The position numbers and the translations under genes are program-made. Below, one piece after another: positions 43,390 through 53,604 of a stretch of 64,000 bases of DNA (position 1 is its first letter; every line of letters begins with the position of its first letter). The stretch lies in the NCBI RefSeq assembly GCF_030013595.1, contig NZ_CP122768.1; one strand, given 5' to 3'. The DNA is from Escherichia coli. GTDB taxonomy: Bacteria > Pseudomonadota > Gammaproteobacteria > Enterobacterales > Enterobacteriaceae. Below the pieces are notes generated by a model that searched no databases, was not told where the DNA came from, and saw nothing but the letters and a program-made list of their open reading frames with translations.

Positions 43390-45044
43390 CCCCAGAATGC
43401 ATCACCATCGGTCATGCGGGAACGCTGACCAAAATTAATATCTCCCAGATTTTTCGTTACCCTGTCTGCCAGTTGTCCGGCATCCTCGCCGGGCTTCTGG
43501 GTGATGTTAAATTCCGCCCGTATCTGATACGTGGGTTTTACTTCCACCCGGCTGATACTGCCGGGGGTATGCTGAAGCGCTGAAAGGCGGTCAGCCTCCC
43601 CCGATGCGGGTTCCTGACGAGTTTTCTGTAGTTGATCGCGGGCAGCGCGAACACGCTCCCTCGCCCCATCAAAATCAGGTTCTTCCTTCGGTCCCAGCAA
43701 AGGATCGAGAAATGCATCAAACTTTTTATCGTCATGGTTCCAGGGGAGATAACCGCGGGTGTCTTTATAAGCCTGTACAACCTGTTTCGTCAGCTCCGGA
43801 TTTTTCCTGAGCAGTTCATCAAACCATTCACCCTGACCGTTTTTCTGCGCCACCGCTCTCGCCAGCTCAGGCGAACCCATTTTTGCCAGATATTCCAGCA
43901 CCTCTCGCCGGTCCTCCCGCGAATCATCCGCCAGCCCCCACTCAATGGCTTTCTGCGTTATTCCTGCAAGAACTTTTCCGAATTTCCACATCCACTCGGA
44001 CAAATCGATCAACGCCGGCAGGGCATCATCAAGGATAAATGCCTGAATCTTCTCAAGGCCACCCTCCTTAAACCAAGCCGCAAGATCATCCGTCACCTGT
44101 TGGATACGTGGCGCAAGCTCATTACCCAGTTGTCCGCTGATTTCATCAATGGAAGAACTCAAAACATTACGGAGATTTGACAGCGCCACATGCCCCTGAA
44201 CTGCGCCATCAGCCCCTTCTTTTGTCACCAGGTTATAGCGTTTCTGCTCACTGATAAGCTCCCGGAAGGTTTTTCCTGACAGACGCATCCAGGTCAGAAT
44301 TTTATTGGCCTCCCCCCCAAACAGCGCATCTGCCATCCCCGCCGCCTGCTGCTCATTCTCCACCTGCAGTAAGCGATCAAACAAAAATTCGACCTGTTCC
44401 TGGTTGTTTTTTCCGGCCATTACGCCCGCTTTCAGCCCCAGTTTACCGAATACCTCCTGAATGGCTCCTTTGTCCGTGGCACCATTATCATCGTCAAAAA
44501 CCTTGTTCCGGTATTCCTCAAACAGATCACCAATGTTTTCGCCGTTTAACCCCATCTGACGGCCCAGTGAATCCCACGCCGCATAGGTTTCGTAATCCAC
44601 CCCATAACTCCGGGCTATCCCTGCCCGCTCTGCCGTTTCCGAATTCCGGTTCAGTACCGCGCTGGCACCTGCTGCCAGCGTCAGCCCGGAACCAACAGAG
44701 AGCCCGAGTCCGGTTTTAAGAAATGTCCCTGCCCGTCCTTTCCAGCGTTCCAGGCGCTCTGCCCGTTCAAGCTGGCGATTAAATCGCTCCTGCTCCGCTG
44801 CAGCATCATTGATTTTCCGTTTCAGCTTTTCATACTGCTTTCGCAGATCGGTAATATCCTGCCCTGCCAGTACGCCAGCCTGAATTTTTCGCTTCAGTAC
44901 ATCCTGCTGACGCGTCAGGCGTGCCACTTCCTGTGTCGCACCAGCCAGACCTCGCTTCAGCCCCTCTGTCGATTTTTTCCACGACGGGTCAATAGTGCCG
45001 CCGATCCGGATATTCGCTCTGAGGTTATCGCCCACCGTTGCCAT
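43386..45044 (-). CDS. tail tape measure protein
   Basis: 552 aa; helical N-terminus; synteny. Confidence 0.85.
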   Translation of the reverse strand: MATVGDNLRANIRIGGTIDPSWKKSTEGLKRGLAGATQEVARLTRQQDVLKRKIQAGVLAGQDITDLRKQYEKLKRKINDAAAEQERFNRQLERAERLERWKGRAGTFLKTGLGLSVGSGLTLAAGASAVLNRNSETAERAGIARSYGVDYETYAAWDSLGRQMGLNGENIGDLFEEYRNKVFDDDNGATDKGAIQEVFGKLGLKAGVMAGKNNQEQVEFLFDRLLQVENEQQAAGMADALFGGEANKILTWMRLSGKTFRELISEQKRYNLVTKEGADGAVQGHVALSNLRNVLSSSIDEISGQLGNELAPRIQQVTDDLAAWFKEGGLEKIQAFILDDALPALIDLSEWMWKFGKVLAGITQKAIEWGLADDSREDRREVLEYLAKMGSPELARAVAQKNGQGEWFDELLRKNPELTKQVVQAYKDTRGYLPWNHDDKKFDAFLDPLLGPKEEPDFDGARERVRAARDQLQKTRQEPASGEADRLSALQHTPGSISRVEVKPTYQIRAEFNITQKPGEDAGQLADRVTKNLGDINFGQRSRMTDGDAFWG

Positions 45045-45204
45045 AACACTGCTTCCTCTCTTCCGCCTCTGCCAGCATTATTGCCACAAAATCCTCATAC
45101 GGCAGTGCCATCACATCTCCGGGTGACCACCCGAACCATACTCCGGCACGCCGTATCGCCATCAGGATGTTTTCTTCTTCCGCCGGACCGGCGGCAGCAA
45201 AAAA
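45025..45204 (-). CDS. E' extension reached by a -1 frameshift (gpE+E' product)
   Basis: The -1 frame is open from the slip site: AAAGPAEEENILMAIRRAGVWFGWSPGDVMALPYEDFVAIMLAEAEE.. It ends inside the tape-measure start. Confidence 0.7.
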   Translation of the reverse strand, partial: FFAAAGPAEEENILMAIRRAGVWFGWSPGDVMALPYEDFVAIMLAEAEERKQCYGNGGR

Positions 45205-45464
45205 ACATTAAACTGCCGCTCCAGGGCCAGGTAATCACACGCTTCCATGTTCATCATGTCTGCCGCGTCCATCCCGCACAGACCGGCAATCATATCCAGA
45301 TCAGCCTCTGCTTCCGGTTTGGTACTCCGGCGATGCAACAGACGATCGCGGACGGTGGGCGCACGCATGGTGACGTGCGTGATCGTCTGTCCTGATGCGG
45401 TGACATACGGCACGGATAACACAATTTCCACGCAGCTGGCAGGAACACTGTTTTTTTCCGACAT
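45162..45464 (-). CDS. P2 gpE-like tail chaperone
   Basis: AGGAG lies 6 nt before the ATG at 45464. The gene ends shortly after the slippery site. Confidence 0.75.
   Translation of the reverse strand: MSEKNSVPASCVEIVLSVPYVTASGQTITHVTMRAPTVRDRLLHRRSTKPEAEADLDMIAGLCGMDAADMMNMEACDYLALERQFNVFLLPPVRRKKKTS
45198..45204 (-). promoter_or_regulatory. programmed -1 frameshift heptamer T TTT TTG (identical to the P2 E/E' signal)
   Basis: GTT TTT TTG in the zero frame. Confidence 0.75.
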
Positions 45465-45475
45465 AAGCATCTCCT

Positions 45476-45503
45476 AAAAAAAGAAAAGGCGGCCTGAGCC
45501 GCC
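45476..45503 (-). terminator. intra-operon hairpin/attenuator between the tube and gpE genes
   Basis: Minus strand reads GGCGGC-tcag-GCCGCC followed by TTTTCTTTTTTT. Confidence 0.5.
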
Positions 45504-45522
45504 TGAATGGCAGATCCCCGGA

Positions 45523-46041
45523 TTAAACCCGGATGATTTTTTTCAGATCCGACAGAACATTAACGCCGTTAATACGACGTACAAATTCCTCCGGAATAAT
45601 GCAGATGGTTTCCAGGCCATCGACAGCCTGACGGTAATAACTCAGTGACATTTCCACTGTCACCGAAGCCTCTGCCTGTGATGTTGCCGGACGTGCATCC
45701 GGCGTGATACTGGTGATCATCCCCTGCAGGGTTTCCACCTGTCCGCTGGTCGCATTTCCCACCCGATAAGCCTGGCGCACAACAATCTCCGGCGAATAAA
45801 GCCCGGCCTGCAATCCCAGCAGCGTAAGCATGGCAACATCATAACCATAAATCTTAAACGAACAGGTCAGCGCTTCCATGCCGTCATCCACTGCCACCGG
45901 TGCATCCATTGCGCCGGTTTTGATATCCACTGTCGTGATATTAATGGCAGGCGGCGTGTATTCATGCGCACCCTGAAGGCGGATCCCGCCAGGAAGAAAT
46001 AACGCCCATGCACGCAACAGTTTTTTTTCACCCGTAATCAT
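45523..46041 (-). CDS. tail tube protein (P2 FII-like)
   Basis: 172 aa; synteny. Confidence 0.85.
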   Translation of the reverse strand: MITGEKKLLRAWALFLPGGIRLQGAHEYTPPAINITTVDIKTGAMDAPVAVDDGMEALTCSFKIYGYDVAMLTLLGLQAGLYSPEIVVRQAYRVGNATSGQVETLQGMITSITPDARPATSQAEASVTVEMSLSYYRQAVDGLETICIIPEEFVRRINGVNVLSDLKKIIRV

Positions 46042-47513
46042 ACCGTCAGTTCCTCCAGCGCCAGTTTATTGTTAATCATTGCCCGCAGTGTCAGGCGCTC
46101 CAGTGGTGACTTCGGCCCAAAGTCATAATCGATATACAACTGCCCTGCCGCCAGGGTTTCTGCTGTATTCAGTTCATCATTCAGCCAGGCGCTGCCACCG
46201 TGGATCGCACCCAGATTTTTAAGCTGACGCATATAGGCATTAATGCTGCCAAGAATGTCGTCTGCCACATCCCGATCAAGCGGGCGATCGACATAAGGCA
46301 ACATGGCCTCCTGGATACTGTCCTCAATCACATCTGCAGTGCGACGTACCGGTTCAAAGCGCCACTGACTGTGGGATGTGCACAGACGGTTACCCCAGTG
46401 TTTAAAACCGTCATGGCGAATAATGGTGGAGATATTTTCCATGTTCAGCAGGTTTGCCGTGCAGTTCTGCTCCCCGAGAATAAACGTATCCACCTGCTCC
46501 AGACCGGTGATATTCATCACGTCCTGGTTTGATTTGGACCACCACCACCCTTTTTCATAATCAATACGGGCACGCAGCCCGGCAGCACGAGCCGAATATG
46601 GACGAAATACCGTTTGCCCGCTGTCATCCGTCACTGACACGCGCGGACGCAGCAGCTCCACACGTCCGCCAAATGACGCGCGCCGCTGAACCACATCCTG
46701 CGGCGTTGCCATTGAGGGCGAGTCAATATAGGCCACAGCCCGCAACTTCGCGGCATACGTTTCCAGCGCCTTTGCCACGCCATCATCCTCACTGTACCCC
46801 GTGGCAATGAGGATGCGCGGTTGATAGCCTGTCACGCCCTTACTTTCTGTCAGCGCCTCCATGGCCTGAATCACCGCCGCACGCTGTTCGGCCTCTTTCG
46901 CCTTTGCTTTACTTTCTGCGCGCACCACAATCACCAGCGCACCAGTCTGGTCAAAAATATCACGCAGGGCCGGGTATAATGTTCCGGCTGTGCCCAGTTT
47001 CCCCGCCTGAGTAATGGCCCCTGCCACCACCACCGGTGTGTTGACCGGGAACGCCTCATCTTCCCCGCCGGATAACGTCAGGCTGAACGGCGACACCACT
47101 TTATTTTCAGCGCCTCCTGCATTCAGGGTGCTGGCAGCCGCCGTCACAGGCGAATCCCCCAGCGCATTCACCACTTCAGTCACACAATCCACCGTGGCGT
47201 TAACCTGGCTGTGTTCGTCCGTCCCCAGTGTTATCGTCAGGGTCGTACCTTTCAGCGAGGCCACTGTCTGCGCGTTTTGTTCCGTGGCAGCCACGGCAAC
47301 AACCGAAATCTTATTACCGACCCGACCTTCCTGTTTCGCCGTGAAATCCAGCGCCGTTCCCAGCAGCCAGGAACCGGCTGTGCCGGAAGCGCACACACCA
47401 CCAGAGGCGTCCGGCGCTGTCCCCACCAGGCCAATCACTGCCGTGGAGATGGTTTGCACGGCAACCGTGCCTGTCGTCAGTTCAATGGTTTCAACACCAT
47501 GTAATCCGGACAT
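46038..47513 (-). CDS. contractile tail sheath (P2 FI-like)
   Basis: 491 aa, MSGLHGVETIELTTGTVAVQTISTAVIGLVGTAP. Confidence 0.9.
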   Translation of the reverse strand: MSGLHGVETIELTTGTVAVQTISTAVIGLVGTAPDASGGVCASGTAGSWLLGTALDFTAKQEGRVGNKISVVAVAATEQNAQTVASLKGTTLTITLGTDEHSQVNATVDCVTEVVNALGDSPVTAAASTLNAGGAENKVVSPFSLTLSGGEDEAFPVNTPVVVAGAITQAGKLGTAGTLYPALRDIFDQTGALVIVVRAESKAKAKEAEQRAAVIQAMEALTESKGVTGYQPRILIATGYSEDDGVAKALETYAAKLRAVAYIDSPSMATPQDVVQRRASFGGRVELLRPRVSVTDDSGQTVFRPYSARAAGLRARIDYEKGWWWSKSNQDVMNITGLEQVDTFILGEQNCTANLLNMENISTIIRHDGFKHWGNRLCTSHSQWRFEPVRRTADVIEDSIQEAMLPYVDRPLDRDVADDILGSINAYMRQLKNLGAIHGGSAWLNDELNTAETLAAGQLYIDYDFGPKSPLERLTLRAMINNKLALEELTV

Positions 47514-47525
47514 ACATTTCTCCCA

Positions 47526-47549
47526 TAAAAAAACCGCCCTCAGGCGGTC
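47526..47549 (-). terminator. terminator between the fibre operon and the sheath operon
   Basis: Minus strand reads CCGCC-tgag-GGCGG followed by TTTTTTTAT. Confidence 0.7.
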
Positions 47550-47567
47550 AGATGATTAACTTCTTTT

Positions 47568-48113
47568 TCAGGTATTTTGTGGCTGCTCAGGCCAGCTAAT
47601 ATTGTTGTAAGTGGTCTTATCCGTAATAGCGCTGAAATCCATCGCCTGCAGCGATTTCGCGTAAATGCGGTACGCTTTGAGCTTTTCCCTGTCTTCGTCA
47701 CTGATTAATCCCAGCAGCAGGTCTTTTTCCCATTCGCTGGTCATGATGCTGACCTGTTTTAACAGTGCATCACGCTCATCTTCCGCTTTAAGTTTGTAGT
47801 CAAAAACAAATTCATCATTGCGGTAGAACCAGTATCCCGACGCCTCAATGCGACGATTAGCGGTAATATCCGGCAACTCAATCACACTTTTATTTTCCGG
47901 GCAGATTGAGGTGATGTCTTTTCCGACCCAGACCACTTCGCCAGTTTCAACATAAATAACTTTCAGAGTGTCTGGCTGAAATTTTTCCTGGGCTTCGTGC
48001 CATTCCTGACCATCATCGGAGAACAGCCACAATAAAAATTTATGCTGTCGTGCCAGCTGGTATTGCTCAATTGTTTTAGGGTTTTGTGCCGTAAGATTTT
48101 TTAAGTGCATCAT
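47568..48113 (-). CDS. tail fibre assembly protein (P2 gpG-like position)
   Basis: Synteny. Confidence 0.7.
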   Translation of the reverse strand: MMHLKNLTAQNPKTIEQYQLARQHKFLLWLFSDDGQEWHEAQEKFQPDTLKVIYVETGEVVWVGKDITSICPENKSVIELPDITANRRIEASGYWFYRNDEFVFDYKLKAEDERDALLKQVSIMTSEWEKDLLLGLISDEDREKLKAYRIYAKSLQAMDFSAITDKTTYNNISWPEQPQNT

Positions 48114-48115
48114 GA

Positions 48116-49465
48116 TTACAAACTCGCTACATTTCGCCAGACACCATTAATCAGAACCTGCACCGGGCGTGCATTGGCCCAGTCCACACTTTCACCGCCA
48201 TCAACACCACTCAGTAAATGACCTGATGGCGCATTTCCTCCGCGTCCAATACCAATGGCACCTCCCAGACGCACATCCTGCACACCACCTGTTCTGGTCT
48301 GGTAACGGGCATCAAAATTTCCGTAGTTTGATGGAACCATCTGCCCGTTTACGGCAAACGTTATGCTGTTATCCGTATTCCTCTGACTGTAAAAATGCCA
48401 GCCAGAATCATCACCAAGCTCTGCAACAACAGGCCTTGAGGAATTTCCCCATAGACTAAATCTTGCACTCTTCGTGGAAGAACTGTCACACGACAGCGTG
48501 AACTTTCTTAAATTGCCGGTCGAGAGATTTTCTAATGCCAGCACACCGTTTTTTGTAAAACGAAAGGCGTTGTGTCCCTCTGCAAACACATTAATAACAC
48601 CGCGTCCGCCCCACTTAAAACCGGTATTGCTATCACAGAGCGTGAGTGATTTTTCACCCAGATTGTTCTCATTACCGATGCCAATCCTGTCACCAATAAC
48701 CACATCGCCCTGGCGCAGGTTAATGGAAATGGGCCGCAGTGGGCCAATATCACCATTTTCTCCATGGTCTTCCTGCGTGGGAATGAAGTGCAGGTAATCT
48801 TCTGAACGACGAAAAATCAGGCCAAAAGCCTCGTTGAAAATCCTCAGCGCATTAACACCACGGATTTTCAGTTCCCCGGTCATGGTGTCACCATCACGCT
48901 GAACGGCATTTTTTGCCTTGTCCACCGTGGGTTTTAATCCGAGGTTTTCAACAGCCTCATCCTTGTCTTCCACATCCGAAAGATTCTTTTTTCGTTGCAG
49001 ATAGCGTCTGTCTCCGATTTCCTGAGTAATAATGGCCCTGTCCGGATCAACTTCCAGCACCACGTTTTGTGCGTGCGTCAACCCAAGAACCAGCGTCAGA
49101 ATAACTTCCTTGATAACGGAGTCCGTCTGGTCTGGTAAAAAGGTGTCGGGATAACGTCCGTACGCGATAAGCGTACCTCTGTCGCTGATCATCCCCAGTT
49201 CACGAAGGGTTTTACCGGGGTATGATTTACAGTCAATCACAATATCCCCGCTGATGAAGCCCTCCTCCACCGCACCGTCGGAAAAGGGTTCCTGCCCGAA
49301 TTCGCCGTACAACGATGTCATTGCTGCCATTTCATCCGGCGTGGATGGCAATGCACGCCCGCCCCCGTCACCAAGCAGAACATGCCGGACGGTCACGGTT
49401 TGCCCGTTCTGATATGCTGCTTCAATTTCTGCAGCGCCGGACGTTGTCAGAATCAGTCCATTCAT
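48116..49465 (-). CDS. baseplate-attached tail fibre (P2 gpH position; tail-collar-type N-terminus)
   Basis: Synteny after gpI; N-terminus ..VRHVLLGDGGG. Confidence 0.8.
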   Translation of the reverse strand: MNGLILTTSGAAEIEAAYQNGQTVTVRHVLLGDGGGRALPSTPDEMAAMTSLYGEFGQEPFSDGAVEEGFISGDIVIDCKSYPGKTLRELGMISDRGTLIAYGRYPDTFLPDQTDSVIKEVILTLVLGLTHAQNVVLEVDPDRAIITQEIGDRRYLQRKKNLSDVEDKDEAVENLGLKPTVDKAKNAVQRDGDTMTGELKIRGVNALRIFNEAFGLIFRRSEDYLHFIPTQEDHGENGDIGPLRPISINLRQGDVVIGDRIGIGNENNLGEKSLTLCDSNTGFKWGGRGVINVFAEGHNAFRFTKNGVLALENLSTGNLRKFTLSCDSSSTKSARFSLWGNSSRPVVAELGDDSGWHFYSQRNTDNSITFAVNGQMVPSNYGNFDARYQTRTGGVQDVRLGGAIGIGRGGNAPSGHLLSGVDGGESVDWANARPVQVLINGVWRNVASL

Positions 49466-50052
49466 ACACCTGCCTCACTCTGCCCGCCTGTGGGCACTGT
49501 CTTTGTTGTCACACCGGTACTTCTGATTTTTTCTGTCGCCATCACATAGCCGTAACCAAATCCACGCCCTGTGCTGTTCCCGTAAACGTGAATACTGAAC
49601 CAGCTGCGCAGATTTTTGGCACGGAGCACCGCATGCTTCAGATCCTGATGATCATTCATCAGCACCGGTAAATCTTTCTGCTCCACGTTCAGACGGAAGG
49701 TATACGGCTCCCCGGGTGGGGTCTGCTCATACCACTCAACAATCTGCGACCGGAAGGGACTGTCAGCCAGCGATGCCATCAGCGCCGCTTTAGTCCCTCT
49801 GTGGCGGTGGATGTATGCAGCACGTTTTATCGCAGACCGTTTTTCCGCCTCCGTCCAGTGTTCATTCCAGGTGTCCACCGCCATTTCCCAGGCCAGCCAT
49901 GGCAGCAATTCAGCAGGACATAAATCGGGATTTTTGACATAGCGGATCAGACATACTGCGATTTCCGCCAGCATATCACCGGCGGTACTGTCCACCACCC
50001 GCTCTGCCCGGCTGGCACTGACCGGCAGTATGCTCCTGATATCGTCATTCAT
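49462..50052 (-). CDS. P2 gpI-like baseplate protein
   Basis: Synteny. Confidence 0.8.
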   Translation of the reverse strand: MNDDIRSILPVSASRAERVVDSTAGDMLAEIAVCLIRYVKNPDLCPAELLPWLAWEMAVDTWNEHWTEAEKRSAIKRAAYIHRHRGTKAALMASLADSPFRSQIVEWYEQTPPGEPYTFRLNVEQKDLPVLMNDHQDLKHAVLRAKNLRSWFSIHVYGNSTGRGFGYGYVMATEKIRSTGVTTKTVPTGGQSEAGV

Positions 50053-50959
50053 CAGTTGTCTCCACCTTATTCAGCGTTACCTTGCGGCACCACGGTGCCT
50101 GCCCCATCGCAGGAACGATATCACTGCCCGGAGAGGTCAGATTCACCGTAATCACCCCGGTCTGGTGAAGGGCACCATCCATGCCAGAACGGGATGCCAC
50201 CGAGCCAATCAGGTGGACGCTGTCAGTGTATGACTGCAGCGCCTTGCGGGCATTTGCCATAACCAGTTCACCATCCAGTCCGTAGGGAATATGAATATCC
50301 GCCACCACATCGTAGGGAATAATTTCTGCCGTCCGGACACTGACAAAATCCGTCAGGGGACGGGTTTCATCATCACAGACTGATGCTGCCACCTTATCCA
50401 GCAGGGGTTGTGATGCAGTGCCATTTCCGGACCGGGATAACACATAAAGAAAAACACGCCCTTCCTGTGAATGCGTTTCCGGCCCGTAAGCCTTCACATC
50501 CAGCACATCAGGATCAGCACTTTGCGCAAAATAGTGGTACGCATTTTTCGCGCCGGCGGTGCTCAGCCGTGCCCATGACAACTGGATACGTTCGCGAAAA
50601 GCGTCATCATCTTCATACACCGCAGGCGTGGGCGGAATGGTGCTGTCATCTGCCGGGGTAATCACCAGACGCTGCACCTGAAAATTCGCACCAATCTGAT
50701 CCAGGTCGTTCCTCCGGGCACTCGCAAGCAATACACCCCGGACAGCATCATTGACCTGCTGGCGCATCAGCGCCACGCGAAAAGCCAGCGCCTCTGCCCA
50801 TTTATACGCCGGATCGGATTCCACCAGGGCCGAAAACAACGTGTCCAGCTCCTGATACTTCGTCACTATCTGAGTGACCAGCACAGCAGTGTCCGGCACC
50901 TCCACCGCATCCGGTACCGGTATCGCAGACAGATCAATAATTGCCTGAGACGTTGCCAA
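50045..50959 (-). CDS. P2 gpJ-like baseplate protein
   Basis: 304 aa; synteny. Confidence 0.85.
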   Translation of the reverse strand: MATSQAIIDLSAIPVPDAVEVPDTAVLVTQIVTKYQELDTLFSALVESDPAYKWAEALAFRVALMRQQVNDAVRGVLLASARRNDLDQIGANFQVQRLVITPADDSTIPPTPAVYEDDDAFRERIQLSWARLSTAGAKNAYHYFAQSADPDVLDVKAYGPETHSQEGRVFLYVLSRSGNGTASQPLLDKVAASVCDDETRPLTDFVSVRTAEIIPYDVVADIHIPYGLDGELVMANARKALQSYTDSVHLIGSVASRSGMDGALHQTGVITVNLTSPGSDIVPAMGQAPWCRKVTLNKVETTDE

Positions 50960-51290
50960 TTTTTATCTCCTCGAGTCGAATCGTATCCTGAGTTTCGTTA
51001 TTCACCCCGACAAGCGTCAGCCACGCGCTTCCTTCTCCTGTCCACGTCACTTCCACCCGCCGGAGAGTCAGGCGGGGTTCCCAGCGTTCAAGGGCGGTTA
51101 CCGTTTCGCGAACAATTCTCACCCGCGTGAAATCATCCTGTGGGTTATCAAGCAGACTGAAAAGTCTGCTGCCGTATTCCCTGAGCAGGACCCGGCTGCC
51201 GGCCGGTGTTGACAAAATATCAGTGACGGACTGGCGCAGATGTTCGTTACCGTGCAGATATCTGCCGGTGGCTGAATCAATACCAATCAT
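50934..51290 (-). CDS. P2 gpW-like baseplate protein (gp25 family)
   Basis: 118 aa, ..SVTDILSTPAGSRVLLREYGS.L..L.D.P. Confidence 0.85.
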   Translation of the reverse strand: MIGIDSATGRYLHGNEHLRQSVTDILSTPAGSRVLLREYGSRLFSLLDNPQDDFTRVRIVRETVTALERWEPRLTLRRVEVTWTGEGSAWLTLVGVNNETQDTIRLEEIKIGNVSGNY

Positions 51291-51323
51291 GTTGTTTATT
51301 CCGGAAAAAGAACTGAAAGGAGA

Positions 51324-51947
51324 TTACATTTGCTGACCAGGCTGTCCGGTGCTGCCACCACTGTCGCCCCGGTGATTGTGACCGTTATAGACAATTCTGA
51401 TTTGACTCATCGTTCCGTGATAATCAGAAACCTCACCACCGACCATCAGATCCGCCTTAACCACCGCCTCAGCATTCATGGTTGCTTTACCCTGTACGGT
51501 CAGGGTATCTGTGATTTCTACCGGACCGTCCAGGGTTCCCCTGCCGGTAATTTTATAGCTGCCGCCTTCAGCCAGCGTGATGGACAGGGCATTAGCCTGA
51601 CGGTCGTAACGGATTTCCGTTCCGGTATCAAACAAAATAACATGTTCGTATTCACTGCCCTCAGGGACAGGAATGGCGTCAATATTGGCCCCCGGATACA
51701 CCCGACCGTTACGCAAATCGCCCGCCTCCGATATCACTGTAACGGCATCTCCGGGAGCCGGGTAATTACTGACCTGCATGTAGCGCCCGGACTGTACCTG
51801 AATCCAGGGCAACGGAGGCGAAAGCACATCCCCGATATCCACCCGAACCATCACCGGGCTACCCGGGATCACCTCGTCCACCACGCCGCGACGGACCATG
51901 TCCGCCACCCTGCGGCGTAACTCTGCCACTTCATCTGCCAGACTCAT
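51324..51947 (-). CDS. P2 gpV-like baseplate spike
   Basis: Internal ATG 51947 (MSLADEVAELRRRV..). C-terminus IVYNGHNHRGDSGGSTGQP. The upstream 98 codons overlap the preceding gene. Confidence 0.85.
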   Translation of the reverse strand: MSLADEVAELRRRVADMVRRGVVDEVIPGSPVMVRVDIGDVLSPPLPWIQVQSGRYMQVSNYPAPGDAVTVISEAGDLRNGRVYPGANIDAIPVPEGSEYEHVILFDTGTEIRYDRQANALSITLAEGGSYKITGRGTLDGPVEITDTLTVQGKATMNAEAVVKADLMVGGEVSDYHGTMSQIRIVYNGHNHRGDSGGSTGQPGQQM

Positions 51948-52497
51948 CACCGGTGCCCTCTGTTTTCCAGATAAGACGATAATCCCGCTCATGTTTCTTG
52001 CCGGTTTCCGGAGCTTTCCCCAGCCAGACTTCCTGTAAAGGCGCACCAGCCGGAACCTCGAACGGATCTTCTCCGACAGGAATATCCTGTTCAAAAGAAA
52101 CGCGGAAAACGATGTAGTCATCCAGAAGCCGGTCGAAGGTATCCACCTCAGCATCAATAAAAACAGCCGGATCAACGTTATCCAGCCCGAACGTGGCCCC
52201 CTCAATCCAGTCAGATAAATCCATCGCCAGACAACGGGCAAAAATCTGCGGTTTTGGCACGTTTTCCGTCTTCCCGGCCCGGTCTGTCACCACAAACAGA
52301 TCACATTTCAGCGTGACCCGCGTCTGCCCGTCGGCAAACTGAGCCTTGTCCCAGCCCGGTACATCCACAAACACGGCAGGCGTCACCAGTTGCGTCACTT
52401 TTTCCGGATACTCATCGGCATCTTCCACCCAGGGAATTTGTTTCAGACTGTCAATCACCGCCTGATGCCAGGCGCCCATCATCAATGGCTCCATCAC
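51931..52497 (-). CDS. tail completion/terminator protein (U-like)
   Basis: Synteny between the lambda-type neck genes and the P2-type baseplate genes. Confidence 0.5.
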   Translation of the reverse strand: MMEPLMMGAWHQAVIDSLKQIPWVEDADEYPEKVTQLVTPAVFVDVPGWDKAQFADGQTRVTLKCDLFVVTDRAGKTENVPKPQIFARCLAMDLSDWIEGATFGLDNVDPAVFIDAEVDTFDRLLDDYIVFRVSFEQDIPVGEDPFEVPAGAPLQEVWLGKAPETGKKHERDYRLIWKTEGTGDESGR

Positions 52498-53216
52498 TCC
52501 AGCCCCTTAAATACCCGGAATTTCAGTTCATGCTCAAAATTTTTCAGGATCAGTGCTTCCGCATCCGGAAAAACAAAATCCTCTATACGGTTCAGCATGG
52601 CTTCATAAATATCAATTTCCGCTTCACGCACCCTCCGTCGTCCGGATGCCTGTCGGATCAGTATCGTTTTCCTTTTTGATATACGTCCGTTACGATTTTC
52701 CGCTTCGAACTGGTTGATAAAGGCATCATCCGTTGACCAGGTGGTGACAGGCAGGGATTCCCCGGCAGGTTTAAAACTGATCTCCCGAGCCTTCCTGCGG
52801 CTGGAAGCTGGTGCAAAACGCCCCCGCTCATCGCGCAACTGATGGCGTTCGCCGCGTCGTCCCCCACTGATGCGTCCGCGCAGATCGCGTACTTTGATGG
52901 CGTTCAGACCGAACCATACCTTCGCCTCATCAAACTCATCACCGTTACGACGAATGATAAAATTATGCAGAACACGCTTTTTGATCATTTTCTGACTGCG
53001 TGGCGCAACCTGTTTTTTAAACTCTGCCAGGGCCTTCATCCGCAGTGCAGACGCGGCTCTTTTCAGCGCCACGCCCCAGGCTTTACGGATCTGACTTTTT
53101 GACCCACCCAGTTTAGCGATAATTTTCAGCACCTCATCTTCATCAATATCGACAACGAGGTTTCGTGCCAGCCGTCGCTGCCGGGCACTGCTTCGTTCAT
53201 GCTCTCTGACTGCCAT
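52494..53216 (-). CDS. tail completion protein (lambda Z-like)
   Basis: Start at ATG 53216. Basic protein; loose resemblance to gpZ. Confidence 0.45.
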   Translation of the reverse strand: MAVREHERSSARQRRLARNLVVDIDEDEVLKIIAKLGGSKSQIRKAWGVALKRAASALRMKALAEFKKQVAPRSQKMIKKRVLHNFIIRRNGDEFDEAKVWFGLNAIKVRDLRGRISGGRRGERHQLRDERGRFAPASSRRKAREISFKPAGESLPVTTWSTDDAFINQFEAENRNGRISKRKTILIRQASGRRRVREAEIDIYEAMLNRIEDFVFPDAEALILKNFEHELKFRVFKGLE

Positions 53217-53604
53217 AACGTTTACTCGGTCGTTCCGGTGCAGCAGGTGTATTTCTCCCGGGCTCTCCACGCGCAAGGGTGATGGTAATCACCCCCTGAC
53301 CCGCAGCGCCTGACTCATCCCAGCCGGGATCGACTACCTGATAGGGTTCGCCGTGGATCATGACCCTGTCATATTTTTTCAGACCGGCGGCCCATGCGCT
53401 CCGGGTAAATAACACGGGCGCAGTATCACGAATTTCGCCGCTGCCAGTGTTCATCCCGGTGTTATCTGCCGGGGCATCAAAAACGGCACGGATTTTTCTT
53501 TCCGTGCCGCCCGGATATATGCTGATTTCCGTCCCCATCGTATCCAGGATGATGTCATCCGCATCACTCATGGCCTGATCGAACAGATTATCGAACATCA
53601 TCAC
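53197..53604 (-). CDS. lambda FII-like head-tail joining protein
   Basis: FDNLFDQAMSDADDIILDTMGTE here versus lambda FII FDNLFDAAIARADETIRGYMGTS. Confidence 0.8.
   Translation of the reverse strand: MMMFDNLFDQAMSDADDIILDTMGTEISIYPGGTERKIRAVFDAPADNTGMNTGSGEIRDTAPVLFTRSAWAAGLKKYDRVMIHGEPYQVVDPGWDESGAAGQGVITITLARGEPGRNTPAAPERPSKRYGSQRA

Noticed and set aside
48932-48954. Pin-like crossover half-site in the prophage-2 fibre gene (ttttaatCCGAGGTTTTCaacag, encoding ENLGL). It raised the idea of Pin-mediated recombination between the two prophages.
   Set aside because: Only one half-site matches. The similarity is explained by the conserved ENLGL peptide. The site is in direct, not inverted, orientation relative to 5774..5799, and there is no second site or invertase in prophage 2.
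51948-52241. 98-codon N-terminal extension of the gpV-like ORF. Comparable extensions occur on HNH (24024..24122), pin (3859..3894), pepT, mnmA, FI (53967..54098) and the Z-like gene.
   Set aside because: The extensions overlap the preceding gene and have odd composition. Internal ATGs with RBSs give products matching known family N-termini.
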